A DNA stretch of 64,000 bases from Antedon mediterranea (taxonomy: Eukaryota > Animalia > Echinodermata). The number at the start of each line of letters is the position of its first letter. The first letter of the stretch is position 1. Below are positions 38,101 to 50,855 of this stretch, piece by piece. Below the pieces are notes generated by a model that did not search any database, was not told where the DNA came from, and worked only from the letters and a program-made list of their open reading frames with translations. The position numbers were made by a program, and so were the translations under genes. The stretch covers positions 23,867,648-23,931,647 of the forward strand of contig NC_092673.1 in the NCBI RefSeq assembly GCF_964355755.1. The letters run 5' to 3'.

Positions 38101-41064
38101 ATTTTCAGTATCTTAGTGGACCATGTACATATTATATCGATACGAACATTGGTTAATAATAGGGGCCTAAGGAACGCAATATGGGAGTGGCGTCAGAACA
38201 CATTCTATCGCCCACTTACCAACGCAACTGCATTCTTCACCAGTCCATTCTCCATTAGGCAAGCAGTGACGTATTGCTGAACAATTGATGACATAATTCT
38301 CACCACACTCGCATGTTACTGTGGCACCCGCACGCCAATTACTGCCTTGTAGAAAGCCGTTAGAAGGTGGTTGGATAATAGAACACGGAACTGTACATAT
38401 AGAATAACATGCAATTCCAAAAATTAGAGAAACATAACCAAACAAAAATTGCAATACAAATCCATATATTGAAAACGTTTGCAAAACTTTGGTGGAGAAC
38501 AAAAAAAAAACAAATGTGATGTTGCAAAACAAGAAACATGCAGTTGCTACATTAAAGACTAAAGATTGCCATAAATTGAGAAATGTCATCAGAATAGTCA
38601 CGAGTACTTAACTGTTAACCTGGATGAACACAGATTTTGATATAATAGGCGATGCACATGTGTACCATCCCTGACTGCCACTTTGTATATTCAAGATCGC
38701 CAAGCGAAGGTACTGGCCATCTTCAATTATAAATTCATTAAATCCATCCATCACTCTAAAATTTAAAAAACGACACATGATTGAAACGATTGGATCAATG
38801 TTATCAATTGTTAGTTTATACTTTAATGGGCTGTATGCTGAAGAGTCAAGCCTTACACATGGAATTGAGGATGTCATCAAAAGATGAACAAGCAAGGTCA
38901 AGGAAAGAAAGTAGTGGAGAGTCACCACGGTTAAACGCGAGTATAGTGCCTGAATGTGAATGCTTCGCACGAAGCTCTTTAAAATCACTAATAGACGGGC
39001 CATCTTCTTGTAGAAGGAATTATAAATTACAATCAGGTACAGTGGAAAATACTGTTAATTGTTAATTGTGTTATTATTATTGTTTTTATGGTGCTGCAAT
39101 ATATTAAATCTAAGACAATCATAAGTGCACTAACCTTTGTAACATATGGGTGCTTCAGCCGTCCACTGTGCAGCGCCATTCAAGTACGTACAACGAATAA
39201 TACTTCGTCCACTTGGAATACGTACTGTTCCTGATTCACACGCGAACACAACGATTCTGCCAACGGTGAAATCATCACATTTTCGAAAGCCGTTTTCTGG
39301 AGTCCCAGGATCTTCACATGTTGCTTTAACATACACAAGATCACAATTACAATATTATAATATTTTGTCTCATTTATACATTCATTGTTTCTAAAGTGTG
39401 AAATTACAACAGAAATGGATCTCATACATCTTACTGTAGTTCAAATACTCGTCATTGAAACGGATCCTTTAAAAATCGTTTGGAATTAAATAATTCCTCT
39501 GAAGCAATGGTCATTCCAATGGTCATTCCAACGAAATTCAAACACATTTGAAACCAACAATTTTAAAGGGTAGCTTTTAAGTTTATAATAACTAAACGAC
39601 CGGGAAGTCACCAATCTCTCATTAATGTGAATGTGTGACATTTTCTTATTATTGTCGTTACAAAGGTATAATTAACAATATGAATTTTAAACCCGGAACT
39701 GCTGATTAAAGATACATCTATATCACTTACCAATAACTTGAATCTCGACTTTTCCTCTGTTCGAATCAAACGCTGAAAGACAAACATAAGTTCCCGCGTC
39801 TTCCTCCTTGATGTCCGTCAATTCCATTCGATATACATTAGCTATGAGAGATAGAAGATAGAAGGTACGTTAGTGGGTTGTCGATACAAGATCCTTATAA
39901 GCCTGGTTTCCTTAAAATGTCTAGTGCATGTGTGTGGACGATGTCTACACACATGCACTACATTAGAAGTATTTACAGTATATTATCTGGTTAGCTGAAT
40001 AATTCTGTAATGTATATTCAGCCTCGTATAATCCGGTAGTCTTCACTGGCATAGTCATATTAACATTCTATTTCCGATAAGCTGGTATAACATTTAACAA
40101 AAGTTTTTGCCAGGATGGTATGGTATGATCATTGATTTAACAATGTAACATTGGACAATTACCACCCTTAACGGGTATATTTCTTGATTTTGGATACTCA
40201 ATATTTTTTCAGACAAAAATCGAAATAAAAACAAATAAAAAAAAAAGACAATGAATACAGACTTGGGGCAAGTGTAACTTACCATGATAAATGCAACGCA
40301 TCCCGCACCGACCATCACAAAGACATTCGCCGTCGCCTGGACAGTACCCATCGCTTTCACACGAGATGAAGCAGACGTGATTATAGGCATAATATCGATC
40401 TCGTGTTTCACATTCTTAAATAATAATAACAAAATAATAATAACGGATGTCGTCAGTAATAGAAGATGTTGATATACAAACATGTTGCCTAGACTTTTTA
40501 TATAAAGCGTTATAGAAACAGACTTGATATTTCATCGATCGAAACTAGAGATAACATGTATTTCTACAGTATAACTCCTTTTAAGGGGACACTTTCTGGA
40601 CCCCACAAAGTAACCGCTTCATTAGGGGTTGGTCCTCGTTCTTTTTCAAGACAATCCTCAATTTCCAATATATAATTCCAGGGAACTTCCTTGATAATAC
40701 ATTGACGCCAGATTTATTTAAGATACATTAGGTCGTGTTTGATGAATTCCTGATCTTCTTTATCTTTTACTAGTGTTAGTTGTATGCATTTTTTAACTGA
40801 ATGAATATGATATAAGATGATAAAAGAACAACTCTACTATGTTTATGTTGACCATCTTGTGTATAATACGTTTGTCATGTGAACAGGTAATTACCACCTT
40901 TATGGAGTGAATGAATTATGGTTACCGTTGGCGATTTACTTAAATACTTACATATAACGAACATATTTACATTGTTGACAAATCACAGCTACCTTACCTA
41001 CTAATGAATCCCCATAGCACAGTTGCACTATAGCAATAAAAAACACAATCACTTTACACATCAT
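35130..41064 (-). pseudogene. Secreted mosaic protein gene, apparently decaying: SP-WAP-like-Ig-CCP-Ig-CCP-CCP-follistatin/Kazal-Kunitz-NTR-like
   Basis: Phase-1 domain exons: 41064-40998 (signal peptide MMCKVIVFFIAIVQLCYG), 40414-40283 (CESDGYCPGDGECLCDGRCGMRC), ~39841-39731 (Ig, DAGTYVC), 39323-39135 (CCP), ~39007-38605 (Ig pieces, GWYTC), 38390-38220 and 38043-37867 (CCP), 37558-37340 (FS/Kazal, VCGSDAVTYSNKC), 36926-36756 (Kunitz, FRTVDECEDQC) and ~35460-35130 (CTCP...YLI). In-frame stops or frame breaks occur at ~40715, ~38850, 35235 and ~35180. Confidence 0.7.
36400..36630 (+). repeat. Degenerate 15-bp repeat (reads as AKPVA/EKPEA-like pentapeptides on +)
   Basis: Periodic GCAAAACCAGTGGCAGAAAAACCAGAGGCA-like units with one in-frame TAA; explains the Leu-rich and Phe/Ala-rich minus-strand ORFs. 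Confidence 0.6.
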
Positions 41065-42494
41065 GTTAACAGCAAAACTAGCACAATAAAAGTGATATGT
41101 GTTTGAACTACAGCAACAGATATGTAAAGCACCTGCTCATTTGCATAAACACGTAGATACGATACTAGAGCTAGCGCCCTCTACACATATAAAATACACT
41201 CTCTAATCTGTTTTAAAAATGTATTGGATTTGATAAACAGAGAAACTTTGATTTTTTTTTTCGAACGACTTATAACAAAATATATAATAAATTAATAAAT
41301 CCAAAGGCAAAATATTGAAAAATGACAATGCTGTGGGTATCAGTGGCTGGATCTCAATGAAGATACAAAATAAAATAAGCAAAAAGCTAAATCAAGACAA
41401 TAAAGTAAAACTGCCAGAAAAAAATAGCCGAGATCAAATATTGAGACAATTTACAAAATGAATTATTTCTGAAACCTGATTTCATTTGTATTTGATGATG
41501 ATAACTTTAGTAACAGTGACCTTTTTATTATTCTGATATCAACTAGAACGAACCTGTATAATTTTAAATATTTTTTCTTATTATACACCGTACCGGTGAA
41601 GAGTCACATTTCTTAATTTAATACCGATAATTTGTTTTACTTAATGTCCCTACACCCCTTTCACATTCACTCAATCCGTCCTTGTTTTCCGTATCGTAAA
41701 CCATCAAACCGGCACGTGGAGACAAAGGTATTAACACGGAGGAAATAAATAAGAGATTTCCTCCACAGTACTATTAAAATAATTGTCAATACCCATAGGT
41801 TTTGTTAGATTTTATAACTAAAAGATGACAAAGTGTATTTTCTTGTGACGATGTTAACAGCCTGGGGCGCATCACTATTTATCATATCTCATCACTAGAT
41901 GAGGCATACGCTCGTCTCGTCGTCTATCTGTAGCATCTGTAGACCAAAAAAAGAAATCCTAAAATAATAAGTCGACACATTTAATTTCCGGAAATTGACA
42001 TCAAGATTAAACATAAAACAAGACAACTATTTTAAAATGTTTAAAACTAGATGTATTACAACTGTCCAATTTCCATGTTTGCATCTCCATTTCCTTCGAC
42101 ATTCTACTAGGGTCTATTTAATTAGACGTTCCATTAAAACAACTAAAAGGCGGCGTTTCGATAATAGCTGTCTTAAGATGTGCTAAATTGCTTAGTAATT
42201 TAGAAAATTACTTAGTGCATGGTTTTTGAAATTTATGCCCGAAATTTATCTAAAATTTGATGAGATAATGATTAGATTACCGGACTGAATTGAAAATGTC
42301 TTGCTTCAGATTGTGCATTTCAAGGCATCAGAAAATTGCAAAAACGTCATTCGATGTTTCAATTTGGTAACTTGAAATAGTTGAATAAATTATCTTTATA
42401 ATAGGCCTAGTTCATCGATGATTATATTGTTTACTGTCATTTATATTAATAATAAAGATGCTCCGTTGCTTATGTGGGTTATTCATTTCACTAA

Positions 42495-42898
42495 AAATAT
42501 CGTCATTGTCACCATTATCAACAACACAAACATTGCCATTATCACCATCAACAAAAACATCGTCATTGTCCCCATTATCATCACCATTAACGTCGTCATT
42601 GTCACCATCAACAAAAACATCGTCATTATCATGAATAAAAGCATCGTCATTGTCACCGTCAACAAAAACATCGTCATTGTCACCATCAACAAAAACATCG
42701 TTATTATCATCAACAAAAGCATCGTCATTGTCACCATCAACAAAAACATCGTCATTGTCATCATCAACAAAAACATCGTGATTATCACCATCAATAAAAA
42801 CATCGTCATTATCACCATCAACAAAAACATCGTCATTATCACCATCAACAAAAACATCGTCATTACCACCATCAACACAAACATCGTCATTGTCACAA
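42495..42898. repeat. 27-bp (and 21-bp variant) minisatellite AACATCGTCATTGTCACCATCAACAAA
   Basis: About 15 tandem copies; source of the NIVIVTINK and MTMFLLMV ORFs. Confidence 0.92.
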
Positions 42899-45175
42899 AC
42901 TTCCTCATTGGCTTTGAATTTAAAGTTTTGAATTGTTGTATCTTGTGTAGCCTATAGTAACCTTTTATTTTTAAATCTCAGTAGGCCTTTTTAATTGTCA
43001 CATAAAAACATTAAGTGTAACCACACGCATAACATAAACAAAGCTACAAAGAAAAACATGGCTTTACACATCTAATGTAGTATAATATCCATAAAATACC
43101 ATCAATAGAATATATTATCTTAAATATCACTACTAGATTGCGAAGGCGGTATTCATTAAATACCTAATCTCTCATGATTTCGACTGCCCACTCTGAATGA
43201 AAATTCAATAAATGTCACGAGAATCTCTAAAAAGGTCTCATTCATTCATGTTAACATTAGATGCGACAAAAGTATGTTTGTCATTGGCCTAAAATGTGTA
43301 GGCCTATTATACGTAAGGTTAAGCCAACGAAGAAAACAAGATTTCAAGCCCCTCGAATGCCTTTCACATCGCCTGGCAAAACTTGGGAGTTTACACACAC
43401 CAGCACCAGTACCGGCGTTGCAAATAATTACTTTTAAATATCAAATATGAAACGACAACATTAGAATCCATAGAATTGTATAGAATATATAATTCCTGGT
43501 GATGTTATTGATACAAATATATTGAATCTCGTCACGTTACCTGGTACAGTAGGTTCGTACGACAAACTTAGTAATGGCCATTCGTTACGATGCCTCGAAA
43601 CGCCAGGAACACCATATAGTTCAATGTTGAAATATATAGGCCTACTCTTGAAAGAGGAAAATCTCAGCGTTATGTCTCGAACGGCAAAACCCCATCCTTA
43701 GTAGTTTGTTAGGACAGTAAACTCGATATCCGAAATCTTCTATAAAACCTTTGCCAAACATTATTATTAAGTCACAACGATCCTTGTGAAAATTACTGGT
43801 TACTTTACATAATTATGTAGGCTTTGTAGGCCCTTTAGTACCAAATCTCTTATAAACGGTTATGGAACAGTGCGTTTACTTAATAAAGGTATCTCATCAA
43901 ATCAAAGATAAAGTACTATTTAAGAGATTTAATTGGTCGAACAAAGTATAAAGGGCGCAGATAACTCGTCATCATTCAATGGTGAAATGATAAAGAAATG
44001 TTTGCTTGGGATTCCAAGCATTCGACACTTTGGGAATTCCATAAATGATAAGGCATTGTAATTGTACTAATTGTACTATTATTATTATTGTATTATTATT
44101 TCGTCACCACAGTTGCATAGTTATGTTAGTTACATCAAGGGGTAAGTGTAATTGATCTATCTATTCCTGTTCATAAACTGCACACCATTATATGAATAAG
44201 TACAAAATAAATAACAAATATAGGCCAATAAAGAAACGGTTAAAGTTTGGTTGACCACAAAATGGCTCTTTTTATAAAATTTGATTGAATTTGTTAGATT
44301 ATAATAGTGAACAATTAGTATGAATAATAAAGTAATATGGTTATGACGGCATTTATCTGATCAGATTTTAAAAAGTAGAACAAGTCAGAGTCGGTCGTTC
44401 TCGATTTGATATCGGTTGCTGTCGGCCAATCTTTGTTGACTGTCGGTTATTGTCGGAAGAGTACGAGCGATTGACAGAGATCTCTTAACATCATAAGATT
44501 CATTCATCTTATGGGCCAAACCTTGAAAAACATGGAATCATCGTGACGCACAACATAATGCATGTGCATTTATTATGTGTATTTATAGTCTGAAAACGTT
44601 TACAACACGATAACTCCACATAGGCCTAGTTAAATAACGGGATATTTATTTAACTTCATAACTTAAATAATATAAAAAAAATTGCAATAAATATATTAAA
44701 TTTATAATTTTCAAAAGATGGAAGATTGTCTAAATGCATTATATACATTATATAAATACTTTATTAAATATTAAATATATATTATAGTTGTTAAATAAAA
44801 TTTCAAAACATTCATTATATTGCTTCACTAAGTTTAAATATTACATTGTGAAATATAGATATTTATAAAATTGATATAAGTATCTAAAATAAATAATATA
44901 TAATAAATAACTAATTAACTTTCTCATGTTTTCTCTCTTCAAATACTTAAATTAATATTTTTTGTGGTTTATAAAACCAAACATTGTTGTTTTTAATGCC
45001 AGAATGCATTGTACTCCTAAAGTTTACGTATATAGGCCTATTACATATTTTTACTTTTATAATGCTATAAATAATGTTCACATACTTTTTAGCGAATATC
45101 GCATACTTATAAAACGTAATTATCTTAAATAGCCATTACCGGCTACGAGTTTTTATCCATACAAAATATAGAAAG

Positions 45176-48100
45176 TTATTGCAGTTGACTATGATTAGAG
45201 GTATTGTAAATATGTCTGAGAACACTTTGCATCCATGTCAAATAATGTTGCATTCCTACAATGACACGCTTTACTCCAGCAGTAGCCGAATGGCAGGATG
45301 ATATGTCTATTTGCACTCCTTTGGTTTCGTTATCAGAGTCTTCTTGAATGTTGTGGTCTTTCATCTGTAATAAAAGAACACAAACATTTAAAATAGAAAA
45401 AAAATAAGGAAATACAATAAGGCGGTATCATGTCTAGTGACACCAAACACAATGCAGTATTGCGTCTTATGACAACAACCCTCATTCCTCTCACTATAAT
45501 ATTAAACAAGTTACCGTACTTACCAACAGTTTGAAACGGTGTAGTAGAACTGTTGTATAATCGGACAGTTCTTCCAGCTTTGTTTTATACTCGTCACTGA
45601 TGTTAACGTTTGAGGTAATGTTGTTTAAAAAGTTCAGGTAAACTTGCAAATCTTGTATGTGTTTGTTGGCAAGAAATTTTTCCTAAATATACAAAAGTTA
45701 ATATTTTTATTTATCATTAAAAAAACTTCACATATGTTAACTTGATCTATTTATCTATTTTTAAATAATTAGGCCTATACATTAGATCTTTAATTAGAAT
45801 CACCACATTTTAATTAAAGAAATATATAATAATACAATATAGATTTTCATGAGAGTATTAACTCGTTAACTTACCGATGAGAAATGTGTTTCCAATCGTG
45901 TGAGTCTGTTTGGAATTCCATTAACATGATGACACCTGATTACTTTATTTTTTTCCTATAAATTAAATTCAAAATAAAGGTTAGTCACGTCTGAAGGTGA
46001 ATATACAGTTGTACAATACTCTGTGTAAAGTAGTAACAAGTTTATAGCTCTGAGAATCAGACAATGAGAAGTAAGAATGGCAGGCAGCATAAATGGTTAT
46101 CTTAGTTTTTTGAATGAATAAGCTTTACTTATTATACTGTTTTCTGTTCGTTAATGTCCATGGAATAAACGGCCCCTTTGGCTTACAAATTCATATATAA
46201 TGCCTGGTTTGCGATGTGAAAGCAGTAAGCAAAACTTATATGTTCAGAAAAATCGGATATAAATGTATTCAGCCCCAATGGAGTGAGATTACACCACCGT
46301 AAATTAAAAAGACACAGATTTTGCTTGCCGTGTATTTTGTGCAAAGTTCTGTCTACAGTGTGATGTGCCCAAATATGTTACTGCCATGCAAATTTCTTCT
46401 AATAAAAATACTAATTGCATAACTTACCAATATCTGTTCAAAGTTGTTCAGTCGATGTTTAAGATGCTTAGCTTCATTTTTTACCGCTGTTGTGGTAGAA
46501 TGCGTCTGGCTGTATGCTGTTGTTGCAATAATACTTATGACAAGAAGTGTACGCAATCCTAAAATAAAAAAGAAATATATATATAAATATAAATATTCGA
46601 ATTTAACTTTTGCCGTTTGTAAAAGAAATAGTTTAACATGCACAATTAAAAAATTACAAGAACTTTTCTGTGTACGACAATACATCGTTGGGGGAGAAGG
46701 AGAATACCGAATATACCTGTCATAATAATATACGAGATTTGGTTAACGATTTCGATTATCGTTCGCCAGATAGATACGTGAATAAATAATTTGAACTTTA
46801 TGGTGTAAATTAAGAAACAACATATACATATTATTCGCTCATAATGAAAATGGCTAGAAAAAACAATAACATCCCGTCTAACTGAAGCGTCGTACTAAAT
46901 TTCTTTTACATTGCTCTCGTGGCTAAAGCTCTGTCTACACTACCTAAACTTTAAAAAAATGTGCATGATGATGATGGTGATATCACTTCCATATTTGGGA
47001 ATATTACTACCATATTTGGGTACATCACACTTTTCTTGTCAAACTAGTTTGATAGTGTAGACAGAGCTTAACACCAGAAGGACAGCACAATGGTAGAATT
47101 CAATACAGAAGAGAAAAAAACAAAATTCGGCGAAGCATCCACATGCAACCATAAGTTCGGGAAAACAACAGCAACTGTGATTTTCAATTTAGGCCTATTA
47201 CTAATCGGACTGTCTAATATGCAACCCAAAAAATAGAAACATAACCAGATAGGGTATCAGCAATAAAACAAGAAATGCCTACGAAAATAATGATACATAT
47301 TAAGAATATTAGTTAATATCAAATTAATGCTACGCACTATGTGCTAAACCTGTATAAATATAATATGAAGGGGAAAAGTAAATGCGAGACAGCGGCTAAG
47401 GAGAAAACAAAGTAGGGTCCAAGTTAAAATCATAAATATTATCTCAGTCGTACATACCAGCGGTTTTCATCTTTCCTGTAGATTTGTTCACGTATAATTT
47501 AAATTGGTCTTTCCTTATAGGATTCAGTTCAGTAATAAATGTTAACTAAAAGCCATAGCTTATATAGATATGTAAAGTGTAGGCCTAACTTTAGGTGAAA
47601 ATAGATTTCATATTTTGTAAAATAAATTTTCGTTAGATAAAATTTTCGAAACTTTTTTTTCAAATATCTCCAAACCAGGACTAACTATTGCGAAATAGTT
47701 GAGCGGAACCCCTTTGTTGTATGTCATTGTACCAAGTTATTTTTAGTGAATTACTATTCAATGAACCATATTACTATTGTGTTTGTTTACAAATTACAAA
47801 GATCTAAGATCTGATAAGAATATCGATCAAATATGTAACAGAGGAATACATCAGGTCAGCTACATCTATCGTAACCCACTATATTTTAATGAGGGTGATC
47901 CATCCAGCAATTGCTGATCATTAGGGACCCTCAGAGGTTCACAAGATGCATATACACATGATGCTCGACATAAACAAAGTCTTATTACAAGTCTTTGGGA
48001 GTGGAGTTGTAATTTTGTCCTTAGAAAAAATCCTGACATGTGACGGGACTTGAACCCAGGACCCTTGGAGTGGTAGCCAAGCATCATAACCACCAAGCCA

Positions 48101-48911
48101 CAACTCCACCATCGTAGTGAAGTGTATTGACAAAATGGAACACTGTATTGAACTGTTTTAAATGGACGCTAGGTTTATTCGGGAAAATTTAATACCATTA
48201 AGAGAACGAAAATCTAAGTAAGGTATGCAGCATTGTTCAACACTCGACCTCATCTTCTCTAATATATTGTTAAAAAAGTTGATGTTCTAATCTTAATCTG
48301 TGACACATAAATAAGGCATTGCTAAGTATGGTGTTAATGTTGAACATTTGAAAGAAACAAAATTTAAGTTGGATTTTATATTATTTTGATAATAATCTTA
48401 ATATCTTTATTTTTTTAATGTATTTTTAACGTACGTAGACATTTTTTTTGCCAGAAAAGTATAATAGTTAAATAGGCTATACCAAAATAGTTTTTAAATA
48501 ATATTTTAAAAAGGCATTTCTAGCCTTAGATAGGTTATGTTTCCTAAAAAGATGTAAACCTAATAACTGACAAGAATATTGCACAATAGGTAGACCTAAA
48601 ATAATTGGGCTTATAATTATTTTAAAAAAAATACAATTCTTCAGTAAAGAATCAGTTTCGCAGTATAAATTCTGATAAAAAACTGTCTTTACAATCGTGA
48701 ATGTTTCAGATTTTAACGTATTTTAGTATGTCTATAAATGTATCTATACATTAACTTTTGAAATTATAGACATAGTATTTTCCTCTCATTACCGGAGCTG
48801 AAGTTGGTCACTTAATTTACAGCATGTATATATTAATTTACATTGCAAATATACAATAGTATATTACTAAAATCATAACTCTTTTTAGTTGTACTTACCC
48901 ATATATTTCAT
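45176..48911 (-). CDS. Secreted four-helix-bundle cytokine-like protein A (~190 aa, 5 exons)
   Basis: Exons 48911-48899 (MKYM; alternative 47470-47458 MKTA), 46558-46428 (signal peptide + helix A ...AVKNEAKHLKHRLNNFEQIL), 45955-45875 (EKNKVIRCHHVNGIP...), 45682-45524 (EKFLANKHIQDLQVYLNFL...KLEELSDYTTVLLHRFKLL) and 45364-45176 (...CHSATAGVKRVIVGMQHYLTWMQSVLRHIY...). Canonical splice sites, phases 1-0-0-0, no internal stops. Confidence 0.8.
47550..47825 (-). promoter_or_regulatory. Diverged third copy of the cytokine-like promoter upstream of alternative exon 1 (47470-47458)
   Basis: Homologous to 49000-49260 and 52895-53170. Contains TATATAA (~47560-47566 on minus), ATTGCGAAAT (47687-47696) and GGAACCCC (47705-47712). 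Confidence 0.55.
47865..48107 (-). mobile_element. tRNA-derived SINE
   Basis: Minus-strand head GGAGTTGTGGCTTGGTGGTTATGATGC...GGGTTCAAGTCCC (A and B boxes) followed by a ~170-bp unrelated body. Confidence 0.65.
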
Positions 48912-48999
48912 ATTGATCGACAGAGATTCTTCCAAGTTCTGACTTTAATTGAGGCTTTACGGCAAATAAATGTTCTACTGCCATTATGGCTCCTTTCTT

Positions 49000-49260
49000 G
49001 ATATAGGCTACGCTTTCAAAATTCGAAAAATAGAATTATTTATTTTGCAAAATAAGTTTCGTTCGATAAAATTTCTGAAACTTTTTCAAAACAAACTTTG
49101 CAAGCGCTGAGCTAAACATTGCGCAATAGTTTACAGTAAATCCCTTGTTATGAGTCATTGTATTCATCCCTTGAAATGTATTTTTAGTAACTAGTGAATT
49201 ACTATTTATTCAACCATATCATCTGTGTGTGTTTGTTTAAAAATCAGACAGATCTAGAAT
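49000..49260 (-). promoter_or_regulatory. Promoter of cytokine-like gene A with C/EBP, NF-kB-like and AP-1 motifs
   Basis: TATA-like CTATATCA (~49000-49006), perfect C/EBP palindrome ATTGCGCAAT (49118-49127), GGGATTTAC on minus (49136-49144), TGAGTCA (49151-49157). Confidence 0.6.
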
Positions 49261-49272
49261 AAGTACAAAATA

Positions 49273-49927
49273 AACTAGAAAGCCACTCCGAGAGTGCATA
49301 CCTCCGCCCACTGTAAAATGTTCGTACATAAGATTTCTCCAGAAAAAAAGAAAATATATATCTTTGTGTGTATCTTAATGCTGTGTGTGATTTAGGCTAA
49401 TTTTACTACAAGCATGTGTATTCGAGTTTGGTGTAAAGGTTATGTAACAAGCTCAACTAATAATAGTTTCAGTTGACTAACAATAGAACAGCAACGCGAA
49501 AATCAAACGGATGAATTTGAAAAGAAATAGGTTTTGTAAACTACTCGTTTAAAAAAACACCTGTACATTAAATCAAATTATGTTTTAAAATTACAAATTA
49601 CTAATTTTAACTCTTGCTTCTTGTACAAAACTGTTTTGGACAAGTAGTTATTAAAAAATGCAATTAAAGTATACATGTTACCGCTCGCCGGCTTTTGAAA
49701 ATTCTGTCCTATACTTTAACACTAGCAGGTCTGTAAATGATATTAAAAAGTGGTCCAAAATTAGGACCGTGGTTCGGATTGCCTCCAAAATGTAATGGTG
49801 TGGTTCACATATCTATCTGTATTTTCATTTTGGTAAAGATATTGGAATAACTTGTTGAGTAATCCTGCTAACAAGCAAACAAATAGACACACGCGATCGA
49901 CTACATATACCTCCTTGGCGGAGGTAA
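49273..49927 (-). mobile_element. Helentron-associated (HINE-like) insertion
   Basis: On minus it starts TTACCTCCGCCAAGGAGGT and ends GGCGGAGGTATGCACTCTCGGAGTGGCTTTCTAGTT. It is absent from the paralogous site at ~44200-44225. Confidence 0.75.
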
Positions 49928-50855
49928 ATATCAAGTATAGGCCAATAAAGAAATGAAAGTTTCGTTGACCACAAAATGGCTCTTTTTGTATTGCATTTCT
50001 CGATTATAATAGTGAACCTTAGTACAAATAGTAAAGTAATATGGTTATGACGGCTTTTATCTTCTCTTCAGATTTCAAAAAGTAGTAAAAAGTAAGTCAG
50101 AGAGGGGTTGTGCTTTCGGTTGTTCTCGATTTGTTATCGGTTGCTACCGGCCGATTTTTGGTTTGCTTTACAGGTGATTGACAGAAATCTCTTCAGATCA
50201 TAAGAGATTCGTCTATCTTATGAGCCAAATCTTGAGAAGCATGGAATTCTCGCGACGCAGGGCATCAGATTATGCATGTGTATTTATTATGTGTATTGGT
50301 AGTCTGAAAACGTTTAGGCCTACAACACGATAATAACCACATAGTTAATAAATAACGTTTATTATTTATTTAACTTCATAACTTAAATAATATATAAAAA
50401 TTGCAATAAATATATTGGATTAATAATTTTTAAAAGATAGAAGATTGTCCAAATACATTAGATACATTATATAAATACTTTATTTATTCATTATGTTGCT
50501 TTACTAAGTTTAAATATTACAATGTGAAATATAGATATTTATAAAATTGATACAAGTATCTAAAAGAAATAATATATAATAACTAACTACTTAACTTGTT
50601 TTCTCTCTTCAAATAAAAAACAGTACTTAAATTAATATTTTTTGTGGTTTATAAAACCAAACATTGTTGTTTTTAATGCTAGAATGCATTGTACTCCTAA
50701 AGTTTACGTATATAGGCCTATTACATATTTTTACTTTTATAATGCTATAAATAATGTTCACATACTTTTTAGCGAATATCGCATACTTATACAACGTAAT
50801 TATCTTAAATAGCCATTACCGGCTACGAGTTTTTATCCATACAAAATATAGAAAG

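Noticed and set aside
42418-42957. 179-aa and 141-aa ORFs on opposite strands
   Set aside because: Both are translations of a 27-bp minisatellite.
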